A DNA stretch of 64,000 nt, taken from contig NW_003314316.1 in the NCBI RefSeq assembly GCF_000143415.4, positions 812,669-876,668 of the forward strand. Direction: 5' to 3'. The first letter of the stretch is position 1. The number at the start of each line of letters is the position of its first letter. Shown piece by piece: positions 59,098-64,000 of the stretch. The notes beneath the pieces are model-generated. The model saw only the letters and a program-made list of their open reading frames with translations, ran no database searches and was not told the origin of the DNA. Origin of the DNA: Selaginella moellendorffii (lineage: Eukaryota; Plantae; Lycopodiophyta). The position numbers and the translations under genes were made by a program.

Positions 59098-60839
59098 CTA
59101 TACAATTTCGGCACTCCGTTCGTCGCTCGTGTAGTAAGAAACTTCTGATGGTGACAGAATGCGGATCCCTCGAACAGAGCTGACGAATTCTCTGCAAGCA
59201 AGTAAAGTAAGTATCCTTTTCATTTCTGTTTTCTTCTCTAATAAATACTAAATGTGACTTACTCCCAGGGATCATCGCCAACAAGCAACAGATCGTTCTC
59301 CTTGTCCACGAAAACGAGCTGCCATCCGTTCCTCTGATCGAGTTGTCCATCCAATCCAAACATTCTCGACAATTCGGCCCGGAGTTCGACGTAGTTCTTG
59401 AAACGAGCCACGTCTACGGCCCTTCCGATCGAGCCAAGCTTGTACACCTGGAAGTCGATTATCACGAAACAACGATCAAACTCCGAAAGGATAAACTAAG
59501 AAGGCAGGAAACGACGGACGGACCTTTGTGAAAGTTCTTTGACGCTGATGCTGAAGCTGCTGCTGCTGCTGCGGAGGCTGGTGGATCGGTTTGGGCTGTT
59601 TGGAAGAACTATCAGCGACAATACAACTATCTGGTGAAGATGACGAGACAATGTTCTTCAAGTCGGCAATCACCTGATCGACCACCGCGGGCGACGGGCT
59701 CAGAGGCATGTTGTTCTTCACGGCGATGGACATGCCTCCCTGGCTCCTAAAATTCCCGGAGGGTGGCATCATCATATGAGAGCCGTTCGCAACACCGGGA
59801 CCAATACTGAAACATCCCCCGCCGCTCGTTGTTGCAACTGGAGTTTGGGGATCCTGCTGCAAGATAACGCTGTTCTCAGGACTCATGAGCTCTTGGTGAA
59901 GGTGGTGGTGGTGATGAAGCTGCTGCTGCTGTTGGTGGTGGTGATCCAGCGCTGCGGTGACATTTACGGTGCTGTTGAAGTCACCACCTAGCCAGATTCC
60001 TGCTCCGGACCCAGCCAAATTCGCAGCGAGAGCTCCTGGAGGTGGCGGCGACGCAAACCACTTTGTGGTGGCGGTGGAAGGACTGGATTTGAGGGACTGC
60101 TGCTGCAAGTCCTTGAAATCCGGGACACTAGCAGTGCTCCTCATGGGGCTGGAGGACATGGTGGTCACAGGCTTGCTCACAGGCTTTGGAGGTGGAGTGG
60201 AGGGAAGAATCACAGCCGGAGGTGGTGTGGAGGAGGAGGATGGAGGATTGATGAGGGAAGAGGGGAAAATCACAGGAGGAATGCTCATCATCAGCTGTTG
60301 AGAAGGCATCATCATGATCTTGGAGGAAGAACAGGAAGCTAATGGATCCACCAGAGCTACATCACTGGTTGTGGAGATTGAGGAGGAGAGTGGATGCAAA
60401 GATGGGGGATACAAAGATCTGGTGTCAAGCATGGAGAGTGGGCTGTTGGTGGTGAAGCTGGGATTTTGGTGGGATTGGAAGGATTGTGGTGTGCTTGGAG
60501 GATTGTTGGTAGCACCACCACTGCCAGTGGTGATTGTGGTTGTGGCTGCTACTGGTGGATGATACTTGTGGTGCTGCTGGCCAAGTTTGGAGGTGTCAAT
60601 ACTGCTCCTGATTTCTTGGAGGGCGATTGCTGCCATGGCCCTTTGCTGCAAGCTGAGAGCAGCCCCTGCTTGAGCTGAAGTTGCTACCACTGGGATCTGA
60701 TCACTTGAATCTCTTTGCTGCTGTTGTTTTTGGTGCTGCTGGTGTTGATGTTGTAGTTGTTGCTGCTGCTGCTGATGGTGATGTTGGTGTTGTTGTTGCT
60801 GATGATGTTGTAATCTAAGAAGCATTTGATGATCTAGAA

Positions 60840-60873
<34 letters not shown>

Positions 60874-60978
60874 CAAATTCATACCTTGGGGATCTTGAAT
60901 CCACGAGACTCTCGACATTTTCCTCAGCTCCTCTTCGCTCGAGATACTGTTCTTCCGCTTCCGTGTGGGACAGTCCAT
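59098..60978 (-). CDS. Non-canonical ARF: Q/P/S-rich region + class-A-type PB1 domain, no B3 DNA-binding domain
   Basis: RTFTKV|[27 protein letters not shown]...[22 protein letters not shown]|[17 protein letters not shown]; in-frame TGA 24 nt upstream of the ATG. Confidence 0.85.
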
Positions 60979-61644
60979 GCTGCTGTCGCTGCGGTCTTTT
61001 CAGTGCTCATCACTAGGCACTAATGACGATGATAAGCCGTGCTCTCTTGTTATGTGTGTGTGTGTGTGTTGGAGAGCAATGCGAGCACTTGCCGGATCAA
61101 GGCATTTGCTGCCGGATCGCCATTATGGGATGAGCAGTGCCTTGCCTACAAGAACGCACGGTTTGGGGATTCTAGGCCTCCTCGCAAAGGCTAGAGTCGG
61201 GTACACACACACACAGAAGGAGACATACACGCACAAGACAAGCTTATATGATCTTTCTTTTCATCTATCTTATTTTCTCTCTCTTCAAATCTTGAAACTC
61301 CTTTTCTGAAGAATTGCTGAGCTTCTGCGCTGCTGCAGTCAATTCCAATCACAGCGCTTTACTACTACAAAGAAATGCCTTAGATGCAAACTCTCTTCGC
61401 AATTGGGGTTACATGGAATGCTCTCTTTCGGGGGATGGATCACTGTGGATTGGATGGCTTCCAAAACAGACACGCAATTTCCAAGTTGAGTGTGTGTGCG
61501 GGCGTGAATGTGGGGACATTGACACCACATGAATCAAAAAATTGACACCTCCCAGGAGAGCAACGCTGGCTGCCTGCCAACTTTGAATCGTCCAAACAAT
61601 GGGGCTTTGATATCATCCATCCGTACCGCGTCGGTGGATGGCCC

Positions 61645-61650
<6 letters not shown>

Positions 61651-61677
<27 letters not shown>
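61651..61677. repeat. (CT)n microsatellite upstream of the ncARF
   Basis: Directly visible. Confidence 0.95.
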
Positions 61678-64000
61678 CTGTGTTCGAATTTCCTGGAAGA
61701 ATTGGGTGAATGTTTTTGCTCTCTGCATTTCATTGGAAGATTTTGGTGAATGTTTTTACTACATTTTTATTCTTTCCTATATTTTGGCTGGAGGGATTGC
61801 TACTGGCTCTGATTGTGCCCTACAGCGACACTCTTGTTTCCCTTACAACGCAAAATCACCGACTTTTAATCTCTCTCCGGAAATCCTCCTCCACTTACTT
61901 GCAAGCACCGGTCCACACAACCTTAGCAAAAATCAAAGCTCGTCTGCTGGCCGGGAAGGCCAACGGGCATTTTGTCTTTATGGTTGCATGTAGCGCACAC
62001 CAGACTGCGCAGCTGTATGTTGGGACCCCACGAAGGAAAGAAAGTGAAGACTTTCGTAAACACATAAGTTGCTGTATTACAAACTTAACCAATATTAGCC
62101 ATCATTGGAAAATGAAAGAAGTTGGGTTGGGAGACTTGTCCTTGTTTGCTGCTGTTTGTATGTATGTGATTTAATAAGGCTGTCCTGTTTCTTTTGATAT
62201 ACATATATCATTTCTTATTAGTTTTTTTTCTGGATCTGGCCTGGTCCTCTTGCTGCTCCTTCTGCTTCTGCTGCGGCTGCTGGAATGCCCTTTCAGGGCA
62301 ACTTCTGTCCACTGGCTGGTTGATGATGGGTATATCACTGGTGGGTTTCCAAAAGAAATGCTACGGTTGTCGGGCAGAAGTTGCTGCAGTTGCCGAATCC
62401 GTGCCATTGAATTTTGCTGATTACAACTCAATTACAGAGGGAAAAAGCATGAGCCTGACAGCATCTTAATCGATTGGCCGTGCACAGTTGCACAGTTACT
62501 ATTTTGGCACGGGTTCTTGACTTTTGCAGTGGGATTTGAACTGGATGTGATCACGCATGGGTGAGAAAATTTGCAGCAATCCATCCGTTGACTCTTTCGC
62601 AACTTCTCTAGGCGTTGTTTAAGCTAGATTTCTGTGTCGTTTCTCAGGTGACAGGAAAACAAAGCACGCAAGCAAGAAAGCGAGAAGAACAAGCAAATGA
62701 GGGACAAAAGAACCACACACTGTGGCTTTTGTTTTTATCACACTATTACAATATTGGAGAAAGTGTTTTCAAATCGTTAATGATACTTAATTTCGCTTCT
62801 GCAAGCCTTCGTGGAAGCACAAAAGCCCCACTCCCTCCAACATGGTTTGGGATTAGAGGCCGGTTCTTGTCGGAACATCGTCGAACTTACAAGAGACAAA
62901 GCTGGAAGTTGGTTGTTTCGTGATCATGATCCCATAAGCAATGCCACTATAAAATTTGTATTCTTTCTGGTTACACAGTCCCAAAATACAAATTGTATAG
63001 GTTGATTCATCATCACCAGACTTTTGACCAGTTCTCGTGAGACAAAATCAAGTTTCATAAAAAAAAAATTAAAAATCATAATTTTCATCATGTTCTTCTT
63101 GTTTTGTTGATATGCGTCGTCTTCCACGTACGGAAGCGGGACATATCTCATCTAGCTGATGAAAGAGAGCGAGAGAGGAAGACAGCTTCAAATTTATTTT
63201 ATATTTTTAATTCTTCGATGGACAACAAGAGCGTTGATGATCTCTCTATCAATTAGCTTTTCATAGTTTCAAAAGTTACTTACTTGGAGTCAAACTGATG
63301 CCAAGTTGGAAAGTCTCCAGAAGTCAACATCATGAAACCCGAGTGGATATGACTGCTAGCTATATAGAATGGCATTCATCTTCTTGATCTTACATCTCTA
63401 TCTGGGGGCCACTCTTTGAAATCCCTTGGCTACAAAACCTCCAGCAGTCCTATGGACAGCTTGGCGCCTTGTCTCCTTCTGGAATTTTCTGTCATTATAG
63501 GTTAATATTATTACTGGTTTTAGAATTTCCATCATGTTTAGTAAAAATACACATTGTTCCATGTGTATAGTAACTGAGGGGGGAGGAATACCTTGGGTAG
63601 GGGGCATGGCAAAAAATTATATTTATATTGCAATATATTTCAATTTAAAACACATGTGTGTTTGAATTGGTTATACACACATGTTTGACTCACAAAAAAA
63701 CCTTTCCACTTTTTATCAAAACATATATATATTAGCATGCACCACATATAGATTCTTAATCCATGTAAGTTTATTGTCACATTAGCATCTTCTTCTTGGC
63801 AAAATGATTAATTTATCAGCCTGATAGGAAGTGCAACTAAACTATGCATCATAGACACTACCCACAATTGGCAATAAGCCTCCACATATTGGTTAATATC
63901 CACTACCAGCTGCGCCAATTTAGTAACACCATTACCACACTAGAGTATTTGATTAGAGCTCCTGATATTGTGGGGGCACTAGGCATGCACTCACAATCTT

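Noticed and set aside
62470-62530. Partial resemblance to miR536/tasiARF-related sequences
   Set aside because: Matches are short and gapped, with no hairpin or miR390 sites.
1-64000. Prokaryotic features (operons, CRISPR, rRNA/tRNA genes) and most short ORFs in the track
   Set aside because: Genes are spliced and eukaryotic; no repeat-spacer array or rRNA/tRNA was recognised; most listed ORFs are antisense or off-frame shadows, often with non-ATG starts.
63290-64000. Copia RT remnant (FVAKGFQ)
   Set aside because: A single short motif only; probably decayed repeat DNA but not assignable.

Overview
Eukaryotic nuclear DNA from a very compact land-plant genome: about 22 intact spliced genes in about 57 kb, introns mostly 50-100 nt, tiny intergenic gaps. 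Gene content (PLS/DYW PPRs, DBD-less ARF, PIH1-family protein) fits a lycophyte such as Selaginella; this is inferred, not verified. The ORF track ignores splicing, so gene models were assembled by hand. In order: decayed Gypsy remnant; unknown ORF; XTH; archaeal-type iPGM; PILS auxin carrier with a long QGF-repeat loop; HMG-CoA synthase; MEI2-like; EGY3; a long fold-back; CHCH pseudogene and gene; MATE; PLS-E PPR; GASA; pathogen-related protein; bacterial-type isoaspartyl dipeptidase with a signal peptide; AT-rich repeat region enclosing an LRR-RLK pseudogene; FFAT-motif tail-anchored protein; VPS38; starch synthase III; an inverted-duplication region around a secreted jacalin-extensin-cystine-knot gene and MSRA5; ZF-HD; ClpP4; PIH1; a second FFAT protein; PPR-DYW; non-canonical ARF. 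The best candidate for a new system is the 176-nt hairpin at 22382-22557. Its 3' arm is antisense to the tRNA-iMet primer-binding site of LTR retrotransposons (miR845-like), and its pairing shows a strong G.U bias on the + strand.
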